A stretch of DNA of 64,000 bases from Candidatus Latescibacterota bacterium (GTDB lineage: Bacteria > Latescibacterota > UBA2968), in assembly GCA_965208125.1 (NCBI GenBank), contig OZ242320.1, forward strand, positions 736,001 through 800,000, read 5' to 3'. How positions within the stretch are numbered: the first letter of the stretch is position 1; each line of letters begins with the position of its first letter. The notes below the pieces were generated by a model, which saw only the letters and a program-made list of their open reading frames with translations, had not been told where the DNA came from and did not search any database. Made by a program: the position numbers and the translations under genes. Below, in pieces: positions 8,366-17,113 of this stretch.

Positions 8366-9286
8366 ATGGCAGAATTTGATACGATTTCTAAACACCTCAT
8401 TCAGAAATATCCCGACGACTTTGCCGGATTCACTCTCGGACGCGAGGATGTTGAAGTTCTTGCAGTCATTGACACAGAGCAATACACTGTTGAAGCACGC
8501 CAGACCGATAGCCTGATTCGCGTACGTATGGATGACGAGGAGGTATTGGTCCACAACGAGTTTCAAACGACTGACAGCACCAATCCTCCTATGCCACGCC
8601 GCATGGCGGGCTATATCGGACGCGCGATTGAGCATCACGGTCTGCCGATCTATTCCAATGTCATCTACCTGCGTCCCAATGCTGGGCAGCACGATACCGG
8701 GTACTATGTCCAGGAGCATCTCGACTACGAAATCACGATTCGGTATCGCGTGATCAGACTGATTGAGATAGAAGGCGAGCACGTTCTGGAATCGGGGCAA
8801 TCGGGTCTGATTCCCTTCACACCGTTGATGAAGTCCCCTGAAGGGATGGCCTCGGATGCGTGGTTGCATCAGTGTATTCACACGGCTCGAACGCACCCCA
8901 TCGCTCGGTCATATAGGGCGGATTATCTGGCTGGCATGGTCGCCTTGAGCGAATTGGTATATGAGTCTGAAACGATTTCTGGTATTATTTTCAAGGAGGG
9001 TATCATGGATCTGATCCGCGAATCATCACTTTTTCAATCCCTTACTCAACAAAGCAGAGAGGAAGCCAGAGAGCAGGGCCTGGAGGAGGGCATTGAGCAG
9101 GGGGTCATGCAACGTGCCATCGAAGATATTCTCGAAGTGTTAGAGGTTCGATTTGACCTGAGCGAAGCGCACCCCCTATCCACACGTATTACCGCCATCG
9201 ACGATTTGCAACGCCTCAAGCAATTGCACCGTGCGGCAATACAGGTGCCCAATCTCGAGGCATTTCAGCGTGTGCTATATGCGTGA
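8366..9286 (+). CDS. Rpn-family recombination-promoting nuclease / PD-(D/E)XK protein
   Basis: MAEFDTISKHLI...RQTDSLI...HNEFQT...MPRRMAGY...NVIYL; C-terminal EQGLEEGIEQG repeats and DUF4351-like tail. Confidence 0.85.
   Translation: MAEFDTISKHLIQKYPDDFAGFTLGREDVEVLAVIDTEQYTVEARQTDSLIRVRMDDEEVLVHNEFQTTDSTNPPMPRRMAGYIGRAIEHHGLPIYSNVIYLRPNAGQHDTGYYVQEHLDYEITIRYRVIRLIEIEGEHVLESGQSGLIPFTPLMKSPEGMASDAWLHQCIHTARTHPIARSYRADYLAGMVALSELVYESETISGIIFKEGIMDLIRESSLFQSLTQQSREEAREQGLEEGIEQGVMQRAIEDILEVLEVRFDLSEAHPLSTRITAIDDLQRLKQLHRAAIQVPNLEAFQRVLYA
9005..9286 (+). CDS. Putative internal in-frame small protein (RpnS-like, 93 aa)
   Basis: AAGGAGG immediately upstream of an in-frame ATG at 9005 (MDLIRESSLFQ...). 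Confidence 0.6.
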   Translation: MDLIRESSLFQSLTQQSREEAREQGLEEGIEQGVMQRAIEDILEVLEVRFDLSEAHPLSTRITAIDDLQRLKQLHRAAIQVPNLEAFQRVLYA

Positions 9287-9348
9287 TATGATTTCCATAA
9301 GCCTGACGAGATATTGGGACACTGCGTAACATCAGTCAGTAATATGAA

Positions 9349-10428
9349 CTACGAAAACGCCTGACTCAAATTCTTTCGATGTAAAATGAACCAGATTACA
9401 ATCGGCGCGCCAATCAGGGACGTCACTGCATTCAGCGGCAAAACAAATTGACTACCCGGCAAATGGGCGATCAGATCGGATAGCAGTGCCAGCGTCGCCC
9501 CCAGGCAAGTGACCGCAGGCATAAGCACGCGGTGATCCGACGTATGCAACAGACTGCGACAAAGATGCGGCACAGCCAGACCCAAAAACGCAATCGGACC
9601 GCAAAAAGCAGTCGTTGCGCCCGCCAGAATCGACGCACTAACCAAAATCCACAAGCGAATGTGCTTGACATTCAAACCCATACTGCGCGCATAATTTTCC
9701 CCCAGCAAAAGCGCATTGAGCGGCTTAATACACAAAAACGCCAGCAAAAGCCCCAGAAAAATTGCACATATAAGCACAGGCATCTGTCGCCAGGTCACAC
9801 TGCCAAAACTGCCAAAAGTCCACAAAATGTACGACTGTATCTGTTCGGGAACGCTAAAATAAATCAAAATACTGACAAAAGCTCCGGTCGCATACCCGAA
9901 CATCAGCCCCAAAATCAGCAACGTCATCACACTCTGCACACTGCGAGACACCAGCAACACACAACCCAACACAGCGGCTGCACCCATAATAGCCGCAACC
10001 GCCAAACCCAAATCGCCCAGAAAACCCAACCCCGCGATAAGCGCACTACCAACCGCCCCCACCGTCAGCACCACAATAGCAACGCCGAGACTCGCGCCGG
10101 CACTGATACCCAGCACAAAAGGATCCGCCAGTGGATTTCGGAAAAGCGTTTGCATCTGCAACCCACTCACAGAAAGCGCCGCGCCCGCCAGCACAGCCGT
10201 AATCGCCTTTGGCAGCCGAATCGAATGAACAATAATCGCCCATGCAGGAGAAGACACTTCTCCACCCGTAAGAATGCCAAACAAGGCCGCCAATGGAATC
10301 TGAACTGACCCCAGCGACAAACTCAAGCCGAACGCGATCAGAAGCAGCAGAAATAACCCCGGTATAATAACCGGGTACCGCGATCTCCCCTGCGCTTCAT
10401 CTTTGTATTGAGCCTCCATCCCGATCAT
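9349..10428 (-). CDS. btuC: Cobalamin/iron ABC transporter permease (FecCD family)
   Basis: IRLPKAITAVLAGAALSVSGLQMQTLFRNPLADP; LLLGENYARSMG; GPIAFLGLAVPH; B12 operon context. Confidence 0.9.
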   Translation of the reverse strand: MIGMEAQYKDEAQGRSRYPVIIPGLFLLLLIAFGLSLSLGSVQIPLAALFGILTGGEVSSPAWAIIVHSIRLPKAITAVLAGAALSVSGLQMQTLFRNPLADPFVLGISAGASLGVAIVVLTVGAVGSALIAGLGFLGDLGLAVAAIMGAAAVLGCVLLVSRSVQSVMTLLILGLMFGYATGAFVSILIYFSVPEQIQSYILWTFGSFGSVTWRQMPVLICAIFLGLLLAFLCIKPLNALLLGENYARSMGLNVKHIRLWILVSASILAGATTAFCGPIAFLGLAVPHLCRSLLHTSDHRVLMPAVTCLGATLALLSDLIAHLPGSQFVLPLNAVTSLIGAPIVIWFILHRKNLSQAFS

Positions 10429-10432
10429 TCTC

Positions 10433-11425
10433 TCATCCCCTTAGTCCCGCAATCAAATCGCAAATAGAATCGTATTCCCGAACCACGCCATCGCGCTCAA
10501 CACACCAGGTCCCGCCCTCCCCAATATCGACACGCCACTCATCCCCCGTATCTCCCACTTGAAACCCGGCCCTCTCCAGCGCGCGCCTGGTCCAATAAGC
10601 GCGCCGTCCTTCCCCAGACACAGCAACTGAAGCGTGACCGCGTTGGGCATTGAGCTTAAACGCACCCGTATCCGCGTCAAAACGCACGCCATCACTCTGA
10701 AACGCGCCTTCAAAAGCGCCATTGAGAATTAAATCCTCAGGCGCGCCGGTCTGCAACGCACCCTCAAACGGCAAAAGATAGATGCGATCTGCACAGCGCA
10801 GTGCCAGATCCAAATCGTGCGTTGAAAGCAAAATCGCCTTACCCGTAGAATGTGCCAGATCCTGCAACAAAGCCATAATCTCAGCGCGACGAGGCAAATC
10901 GAGAAAAGCCGTAGGCTCATCCAGAATCATAAGATCGGGCTGCTGAGCCAGCGCGCGTGCAATCATAACCTTTTGACGCTCACCATCGCTGAGTTCAGCC
11001 ACATTGCGATACGCCAGATCCTCAGCGCGAGCTGCCCGAATAGCCCAGGAAACAACCCGCTCATCTTCCTCTGTAAAGCGCCCGATCCAATCCGTATGGG
11101 GATATCGCCCCAGACCGACCAGATCGCGCACTGCCATAATACCAACACCAATGCGATCCGTAAGCACCACGCTGATCACCTGGGCAACTTCTGTCGCAGA
11201 CATATCCACGATATCTCGACCCATAAGATAAACCTGCCCATCGAGCGGCGGCTGCATCCCCACAAGCGTACGAATAAGCGTGGATTTCCCCGCGCCATTG
11301 GGACCCAGCAAACACACAAACTCACCGCGATGGAGCGACACATCCATATCGCGCGCCACAACGCGAGGCGGACGACGACCGTATTTATAACCCACAGCGA
11401 GATTTTGTGTTTTGAGAATCGCCAT
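10433..11425 (-). CDS. btuD: Cobalamin/iron ABC transporter ATP-binding protein
   Basis: GPNGAGKST, LSDGERQK, ILDEPT, STHD. Confidence 0.9.
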   Translation of the reverse strand: MAILKTQNLAVGYKYGRRPPRVVARDMDVSLHRGEFVCLLGPNGAGKSTLIRTLVGMQPPLDGQVYLMGRDIVDMSATEVAQVISVVLTDRIGVGIMAVRDLVGLGRYPHTDWIGRFTEEDERVVSWAIRAARAEDLAYRNVAELSDGERQKVMIARALAQQPDLMILDEPTAFLDLPRRAEIMALLQDLAHSTGKAILLSTHDLDLALRCADRIYLLPFEGALQTGAPEDLILNGAFEGAFQSDGVRFDADTGAFKLNAQRGHASVAVSGEGRRAYWTRRALERAGFQVGDTGDEWRVDIGEGGTWCVERDGVVREYDSICDLIAGLRG

Positions 11426-11435
11426 TTTCCATCCG

Positions 11436-11496
11436 AATAAATAAAAAACGGGTCGCGCCTTTTCTTCTATATTCACGAAACCCGTCTCTTTTTTTT
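11436..11496 (-). terminator. Possible terminator-like hairpin between the Cache gene and btuD
   Basis: Imperfect stem ACGGG...CCCGT flanked by A and T tracts. Confidence 0.35.
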
Positions 11497-11509
11497 GATT
11501 ATTCCACTA

Positions 11510-13099
11510 CTATTTTGCCAGCAACATCTTGCGCGTGACCACATCTGCCCCTGCTTGCAAGCGATACACATACATACCCGTACTCACCTGATGCCCAGCA
11601 GCATCACGCCCATCCCACACGACTGTATAATTTCCCACGGGCTGGAACTGCTGAACCAGCAACCGAATTTCCTGCCCCAATATATTGTAGATCGCCAATC
11701 GCACATTCACTGCATCGCCCAAAGAATAGCGAATAGTCGTCGCTGGATTAAACGGATTTGGATGGTTCTGCCTCAATGAAGCTGCAAAAGGATTGATAAA
11801 GCGCACATCACCATTCAAATCAATCTCATAAGTCACACGACTTCCGGGCACTATTGGAATACTGGACCACCTCGCAATGGTCGCACCATCTGCCGAACGC
11901 ACGCGCGCCTGATACATGCCATTCACACTCCTCTGGTCATCCGCCATCACCCTCACCACAGCACGCCCCATCTCATCTGTCGTATTATGCCACGCATAAT
12001 TGGGCACGCGACCGGCAATCGAGCGAGAAACCTCCACCATCAAACCGCTCACATCGCCATCACCTACAACCTGTACATCCACCAGACCGGCACCCTCGAA
12101 CGCCGTATCGGACTCCAGATAAATACCAGCACCCACGATAAAAACCCGACCAAATATGTTAAGCGGGATCACATAGCTCTGCTTGGGCGATTGGGTATCT
12201 TCATCTCCTTCTACCGCTGGATTGTCCCAATAATACTTGACAAAACCGCCGCCCGCTGTAGCTGCCGCGATGATCTCCTGCACAATTTTGACCCCATTGA
12301 CATCTTCGACATCAATCATATTTTGCCCATAGGAACTCGGGTCAGCAGTGCCGTGAAAGATCAACACACCGCTGGTATCTATCACAAAAATGTAGATCGA
12401 ACCATGCTTGAAATCCTCCCCCTCGGTCCTGATTGCAGCCTGGACGGTTGCCAGGTAGGGATAACCCTTTTCCTCAATAATGGGAACGAGAACTCTCAAG
12501 CCCTCTACAAAAGCCTTCAGAGTTTCCCGATCCACCACATCACGGGCTGTTACCTCCAGAATATCAAAGATATTTGGCTCAACATCAACGCCGGACAGAT
12601 CCATATAAAAGCCGGCAGCTACGATAAACTCTATACCGCGTATGGTAACCGGGACAGCGTAAGTCAGCTTGGGCGAATCGGCATCTCCTTCCACTGCCGG
12701 ATCATCCCAATAATACGCGACAAAACCGCCTCCTCCGGCGGCTGCGGCGAGCATCTCCTGGACAATTTTAACGCCTTTGGCATCTTCGAGATCAAGTACG
12801 TTTTTATCCTCAAATGTCACATCGCCCCCGTGAAATTGCACGAGACCCTCGGAAGTCAATACGACGAGGTACATCGAACCGGCCTTCCAATCCCCCTCGT
12901 TCCTGAACACCTCCACTAATCTTGAGACCTCAGCAAAATTAGCAGCACTCTCTAAGGAATCCTTTGCCCCTTCTACAAAAGCTTTCAGAGTTTCTCGGTC
13001 CACCACCTCACTCGCCGTTACCTTCATATCCTGAGCAATGGTGGGACGCACGACAAAAAAGAGACTGGCCAGCCCTAAAATGATTATCAAATATTTCAC
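11510..13099 (-). CDS. Secreted protein: two Cache-like domains + beta-rich domain + FlgD/T9SS-like C-terminal domain
   Basis: Signal peptide; duplicated unit VVDRETLKAFVEG...D..GVKIVQE..AAA..GGGFV.YYWD.PAVEGD; C-terminal LRQNHPNPFNPATTIRY...WDGRD..G..VSTGMYVYRL. Confidence 0.8.
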   Translation of the reverse strand: MKYLIIILGLASLFFVVRPTIAQDMKVTASEVVDRETLKAFVEGAKDSLESAANFAEVSRLVEVFRNEGDWKAGSMYLVVLTSEGLVQFHGGDVTFEDKNVLDLEDAKGVKIVQEMLAAAAGGGGFVAYYWDDPAVEGDADSPKLTYAVPVTIRGIEFIVAAGFYMDLSGVDVEPNIFDILEVTARDVVDRETLKAFVEGLRVLVPIIEEKGYPYLATVQAAIRTEGEDFKHGSIYIFVIDTSGVLIFHGTADPSSYGQNMIDVEDVNGVKIVQEIIAAATAGGGFVKYYWDNPAVEGDEDTQSPKQSYVIPLNIFGRVFIVGAGIYLESDTAFEGAGLVDVQVVGDGDVSGLMVEVSRSIAGRVPNYAWHNTTDEMGRAVVRVMADDQRSVNGMYQARVRSADGATIARWSSIPIVPGSRVTYEIDLNGDVRFINPFAASLRQNHPNPFNPATTIRYSLGDAVNVRLAIYNILGQEIRLLVQQFQPVGNYTVVWDGRDAAGHQVSTGMYVYRLQAGADVVTRKMLLAK

Positions 13100-13157
13100 G
13101 ATAGTCTCCCGTAATCAGTTCACTGGATTGCTACAGAACAAAAATAGGGGTGTGACC

Positions 13158-14138
13158 TCAGAAAGTCAACGAATGCGAACGCGATAGGAACACATATAAA
13201 ACCGCCAGACCTGTCGCGAGTAAACAGGTAACAATCACAAAAACACACATACGGCGCATATCCCCGGGTTGACCACCTTCGGGATCATCCGCATCGCCCA
13301 ACCAGAGATCTGTAATCTGCGTCCCACCCTGCCAAACAGGACCGACCAATCGCCTCTGCAAAGCACCTGCGGCTGTAGCCTCGCTCCACCCGGAATTTGG
13401 CCCCGGAACAAGCGCGTGTTGCCGCCACCCGATAAGCAGTGCCTTGCGGCTGGAACATCCGGGCATAAAAAACGCCACCAGCACCATCCCCAAATACGCC
13501 AAACGCGCGGGAATAAAATTGAGCACATCGTCCAGCCGCGCCCCACACCAGCCAAAATATCGGTATTGCGGCGTCTTAAACCCCACCATGGAATCCATCG
13601 TACTGACCACCTTAAAAAGTACAACACCCGGCAATCCCAGTATAGCGTACCAAAAAACGGGCGACACAAACCCATCCACAGCATTCTCGCTCAAACTCTC
13701 CATACCCGCACGCCGGCAAGCCGCAAAATCCATCACCTCGGTATCGCGCCCCACAAGCATAGACGCGGCCTCTCGCGCACGCGCCAGATCAGCAGCGCGA
13801 TCAATCGCCAACCCGTGCTTGCACAAATCTTTGAGTGCAAGCATAGAGTACAAAACAAAAACCTGAAAAATCCACCCCACCCCAGATTGGACATAATGCA
13901 ACACACAAGCCAATGCACAGACAACCCCCACCCAAAACGCAGACAGCAATAAAAACAGCAAACACCCCCCCGCATAACCATTCAAACGCAGCCCGCGAAG
14001 CATCCGCTCAAAAAAAGACAGCGTCGCACCCATCAAACGAATGGGATGCAACGCATAAACCGGATCGCCAAAAAGACCATCTAAAACGACCGCGCAAAGG
14101 AGCAAAGCTGGATCCGGAGCAAGTATTGTCACGTCCAT
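13158..14138 (-). CDS. cbiB: Adenosylcobinamide-phosphate synthase
   Basis: LDGLFGDP..HPI; LVGRDT; ESLSEN; STMDSMVG; ARLDDVLNFIPAR; PNSGWSE. Confidence 0.92.
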   Translation of the reverse strand: MDVTILAPDPALLLCAVVLDGLFGDPVYALHPIRLMGATLSFFERMLRGLRLNGYAGGCLLFLLLSAFWVGVVCALACVLHYVQSGVGWIFQVFVLYSMLALKDLCKHGLAIDRAADLARAREAASMLVGRDTEVMDFAACRRAGMESLSENAVDGFVSPVFWYAILGLPGVVLFKVVSTMDSMVGFKTPQYRYFGWCGARLDDVLNFIPARLAYLGMVLVAFFMPGCSSRKALLIGWRQHALVPGPNSGWSEATAAGALQRRLVGPVWQGGTQITDLWLGDADDPEGGQPGDMRRMCVFVIVTCLLATGLAVLYVFLSRSHSLTF

Positions 14139-15247
14139 TTTAAACGCCACCCAAGCGCAAATGCATCGTAAACGACCTCCAAAAATGCGTTTTCATCCAC
14201 GCGCAACTGCTCGTAACACGACAACCAGACATCTGGCCTCGCCGCCAGCGAAGTCGCCAATATCGCTGCCTGCTGTCGCAACACCGGATCTGCCATTGCA
14301 TGTGAAAGCGTCCCATACCGCACGCGATCCCAAACCGCTGCAAACCCATACACCGCCGCCGAAACACGCGGTTCGTAAACAACAGACTTGAAATTTTTCT
14401 TCAACAATGCAAAATCATCTGCTTTGAGCCGCTTCTCCATCGCCTGCAAAAAACGATCCTCTCTAAACCCAAAACGCTTCAACGCATGAAAAACGCTACG
14501 CGTATGCGACGCCTCCAAACCGTTTTGCCATCGCAGCGCCTCCAGCGTAGCCCTGCGCACAGATTTGCCGATCAACTCGCCCAATTTTGCGTGATGTCCC
14601 GCATTGGTCTTGGGCACCCGTGTCTTATCCAAAGGCGCGGCAATACAGTACTGATCTGTCCCCGTACCCGTTGCGAGATCCTGAGAATACCGACTCGAAA
14701 TAGCGAGATCTCGAAGCGCGGCAGACTTCCCCTCGGTCATCGTCACCACTGACCGCGCCATCGCCCCTGGCGTAAGCGGCCAATTGATAAACACCATCGC
14801 ATTGATCGTACCCTCATAGAGATGGCGCCACCCCGCATCCTCTTCGTGCCAACTCGCCCCATCGCCTGCACACCCCGCATTGCCCTCAACACCTGCGGTA
14901 ACAACCGCACACACGCGCAACTCGGCATGCGTATCCACAACGCAAGCCGCATAATTCATATTCGCAGCCGTACCCATCAGCGCAACCGCGTCCGGCGGCA
15001 AGCCGCGTTCTCCGCATACATGGCGATGATACCCCACCTCACCCAGTTGCTTAATCAACTCAAAACGCGCATCGTGCCCATTGCCCTCACAACTCTGGTG
15101 ATTCACCAGATATCGGATATTATCGTACAAACCACCGCGATATGCCGACGTACTCAGCACCTGATGCGGCACCAGCAATTCCGCGGTCAAAAAACGCCCA
15201 TCGCGCTTCAAATCGTAATATTCATGCTGATCGATAAACTCACCCAT
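14129..15247 (-). CDS. cbiZ: Adenosylcobinamide amidohydrolase
   Basis: LMGTAANM, VTAGVEGNA, GTIN, TMTEGKS, ATGTGTD motifs. Confidence 0.88.
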   Translation of the reverse strand: MGEFIDQHEYYDLKRDGRFLTAELLVPHQVLSTSAYRGGLYDNIRYLVNHQSCEGNGHDARFELIKQLGEVGYHRHVCGERGLPPDAVALMGTAANMNYAACVVDTHAELRVCAVVTAGVEGNAGCAGDGASWHEEDAGWRHLYEGTINAMVFINWPLTPGAMARSVVTMTEGKSAALRDLAISSRYSQDLATGTGTDQYCIAAPLDKTRVPKTNAGHHAKLGELIGKSVRRATLEALRWQNGLEASHTRSVFHALKRFGFREDRFLQAMEKRLKADDFALLKKNFKSVVYEPRVSAAVYGFAAVWDRVRYGTLSHAMADPVLRQQAAILATSLAARPDVWLSCYEQLRVDENAFLEVVYDAFALGWRLKWT

Positions 15248-15248
15248 C

Positions 15249-15809
15249 TCAAAAATCAATCCCGGGTTGAGCAACAATACCCTGATCGCTAAACGGATGC
15301 TTAATTTCGCGCATCTCGGTCACCATATCGGCAAAATTTATCAACGCGTCTGGCGCATCGCGTCCCGTAATAATCACATGCAACATCTCCGGCTTATGCT
15401 CTCGCAACCAACCCACCACCTCTGTTGCATCCAACCAGCCAAAAGCCATCAAATACGTAAACTCATCCAGAATAAACAGATCGTAATCGCCACTTGTAAT
15501 CCGCTCCTGCGCCACTTCCCAACCGCGCAATGCCCGAGCCTGTGTCTCATCGATATCCTTGCTCGTCCAAGTCCACCCATCGCCCGTACCGATCCAATCG
15601 ATCTCCATGCGCCTGGCCGCACGAATCTCGCCAAAATTGGCATTCTCGTGCTTCAAAAACTGAATCACGCCCACGCGCATCTTGCGCCCCCATGCGCGGG
15701 TCATCACCCCAAGGGCAGCCGTAGTCTTACCCTTGCCATCTCCGGTATTAACCATCACCAGACCCTTTTTTACATGCCGCTTGCGTTCTGTCTCTTTTCT
15801 CGCACTCAT
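15249..15809 (-). CDS. cobO: Cob(I)yrinic acid a,c-diamide adenosyltransferase
   Basis: [33 protein letters not shown]. Confidence 0.93.
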   Translation of the reverse strand: MSARKETERKRHVKKGLVMVNTGDGKGKTTAALGVMTRAWGRKMRVGVIQFLKHENANFGEIRAARRMEIDWIGTGDGWTWTSKDIDETQARALRGWEVAQERITSGDYDLFILDEFTYLMAFGWLDATEVVGWLREHKPEMLHVIITGRDAPDALINFADMVTEMREIKHPFSDQGIVAQPGIDF

Positions 15810-15841
15810 AGAAACCTCTCTAACGCAAATGAAGACTTTAT

Positions 15842-17074
15842 TCATTCCCCTTCAAATTCCAAAACAAAAATTAGAAAATCGGGAAAATCAACCGAACCAT
15901 TGCCATTCAAATCGAACATAGCATCACTCGCTGATTTCCCAAACGCGGAAGCAAAAGCTAAAAAATCGCTAAAATCAACCACACAATCGCCATTAAAATC
16001 AGCCACACTGCCCACAAACGCAATAGTCGAAGGTGGCAATCCCGTATTGATCGGACCAGCCACAAGCTGATCCGTCTTCACATCATAGACCTTCACACCA
16101 GCAGATGTCGGATCGACAAAACTCCCTCGATCCAAAACATACAACCGTCCCCCAAATACCCCCAGACCTGGGACAAATCCGCCTGAAAGACCACTCAAAC
16201 CCGACGATACAGACTGCATCCCCAAACCGAACCGTTTGACCACATTGACAAAACTCGCATCTAACACAACGACATACCCCTCGTCATCCGAAATCATCGC
16301 CAGAGAACTCAGATTGCCCCCAAAAGCCATCTCACCAAGCACAACACCTTCACTCCTCAAATTTGCCAGATCAATCACCTCAATCCCGCCATCCGTTAAA
16401 TCATCAAACGTATTGACCGCACTCAAAAACCACTTATCCCCTCGCTGCACCGCACCCGCGGGATTCTTACTCGCCATCACAATCCCCTGCACACCCGCTG
16501 TATTTGCATCCACATCCACCACCTGATCTGTCATCACATCGACAACCGCAATCACTGAAAAATCCGTTGGCACAAACCCATTATCTCGATCCAGCCGTTG
16601 ACACGCGGCAAACAAATAATTGTCGTACAACGCGAGCTGAGATACTTCGGGCAAACCATCTGTATCTGCAAAACCCGATAAATCCACTGCGCCTAATGAA
16701 TCCCCCGTAACCGGATTTACAATCAGCAAATGCGTGCGCTCATACCGAGAAATATACGCTTTCTCCGTACTGACAAAAGCCATATCGTGTGGATTTGAAC
16801 CATTGCCCGTCGAATACTGCGTCAAAGGCATCTTTAGATCACCGCGATTCAAAACAATCACATTATCCTGTCCCAGGCGATTGATAACATACACCTTATC
16901 CCGATACGTCCGCACCACTGCATCCGAGTGAATAGTCAGATGATCGTTTGTTGCCGTATTTGTGCTGAGATCCAGACTCGTAAAACTACCACTGCTATAA
17001 TCCGTCGTCGTAATAACCGCTTGATTTGCCAGTGCATCTGTTGCAAAAAACAGAACGACTAAAAACCATCTCAT
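15842..17074 (-). CDS. Secreted beta-propeller (YncE/BtuG-like) with C-terminal dockerin/EF-hand-like domain
   Basis: Propeller-like repeats ([16 protein letters not shown]); C-terminal [16 protein letters not shown]...[17 protein letters not shown]; directly after btuB. Confidence 0.7.
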   Translation of the reverse strand: MRWFLVVLFFATDALANQAVITTTDYSSGSFTSLDLSTNTATNDHLTIHSDAVVRTYRDKVYVINRLGQDNVIVLNRGDLKMPLTQYSTGNGSNPHDMAFVSTEKAYISRYERTHLLIVNPVTGDSLGAVDLSGFADTDGLPEVSQLALYDNYLFAACQRLDRDNGFVPTDFSVIAVVDVMTDQVVDVDANTAGVQGIVMASKNPAGAVQRGDKWFLSAVNTFDDLTDGGIEVIDLANLRSEGVVLGEMAFGGNLSSLAMISDDEGYVVVLDASFVNVVKRFGLGMQSVSSGLSGLSGGFVPGLGVFGGRLYVLDRGSFVDPTSAGVKVYDVKTDQLVAGPINTGLPPSTIAFVGSVADFNGDCVVDFSDFLAFASAFGKSASDAMFDLNGNGSVDFPDFLIFVLEFEGE

Positions 17075-17113
17075 TACATCCTCCTCCAGTGTTAAAAAGA
17101 ACCTCTCATTTCC

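Larger units (their letters stand above)
8046..9336. mobile_element. Rpn cassette with perfect 14-bp terminal inverted repeats
   Basis: ACTGATGTTACGCA (8046-8059) and TGCGTAACATCAGT (9323-9336); no clear target-site duplication. Confidence 0.6.
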
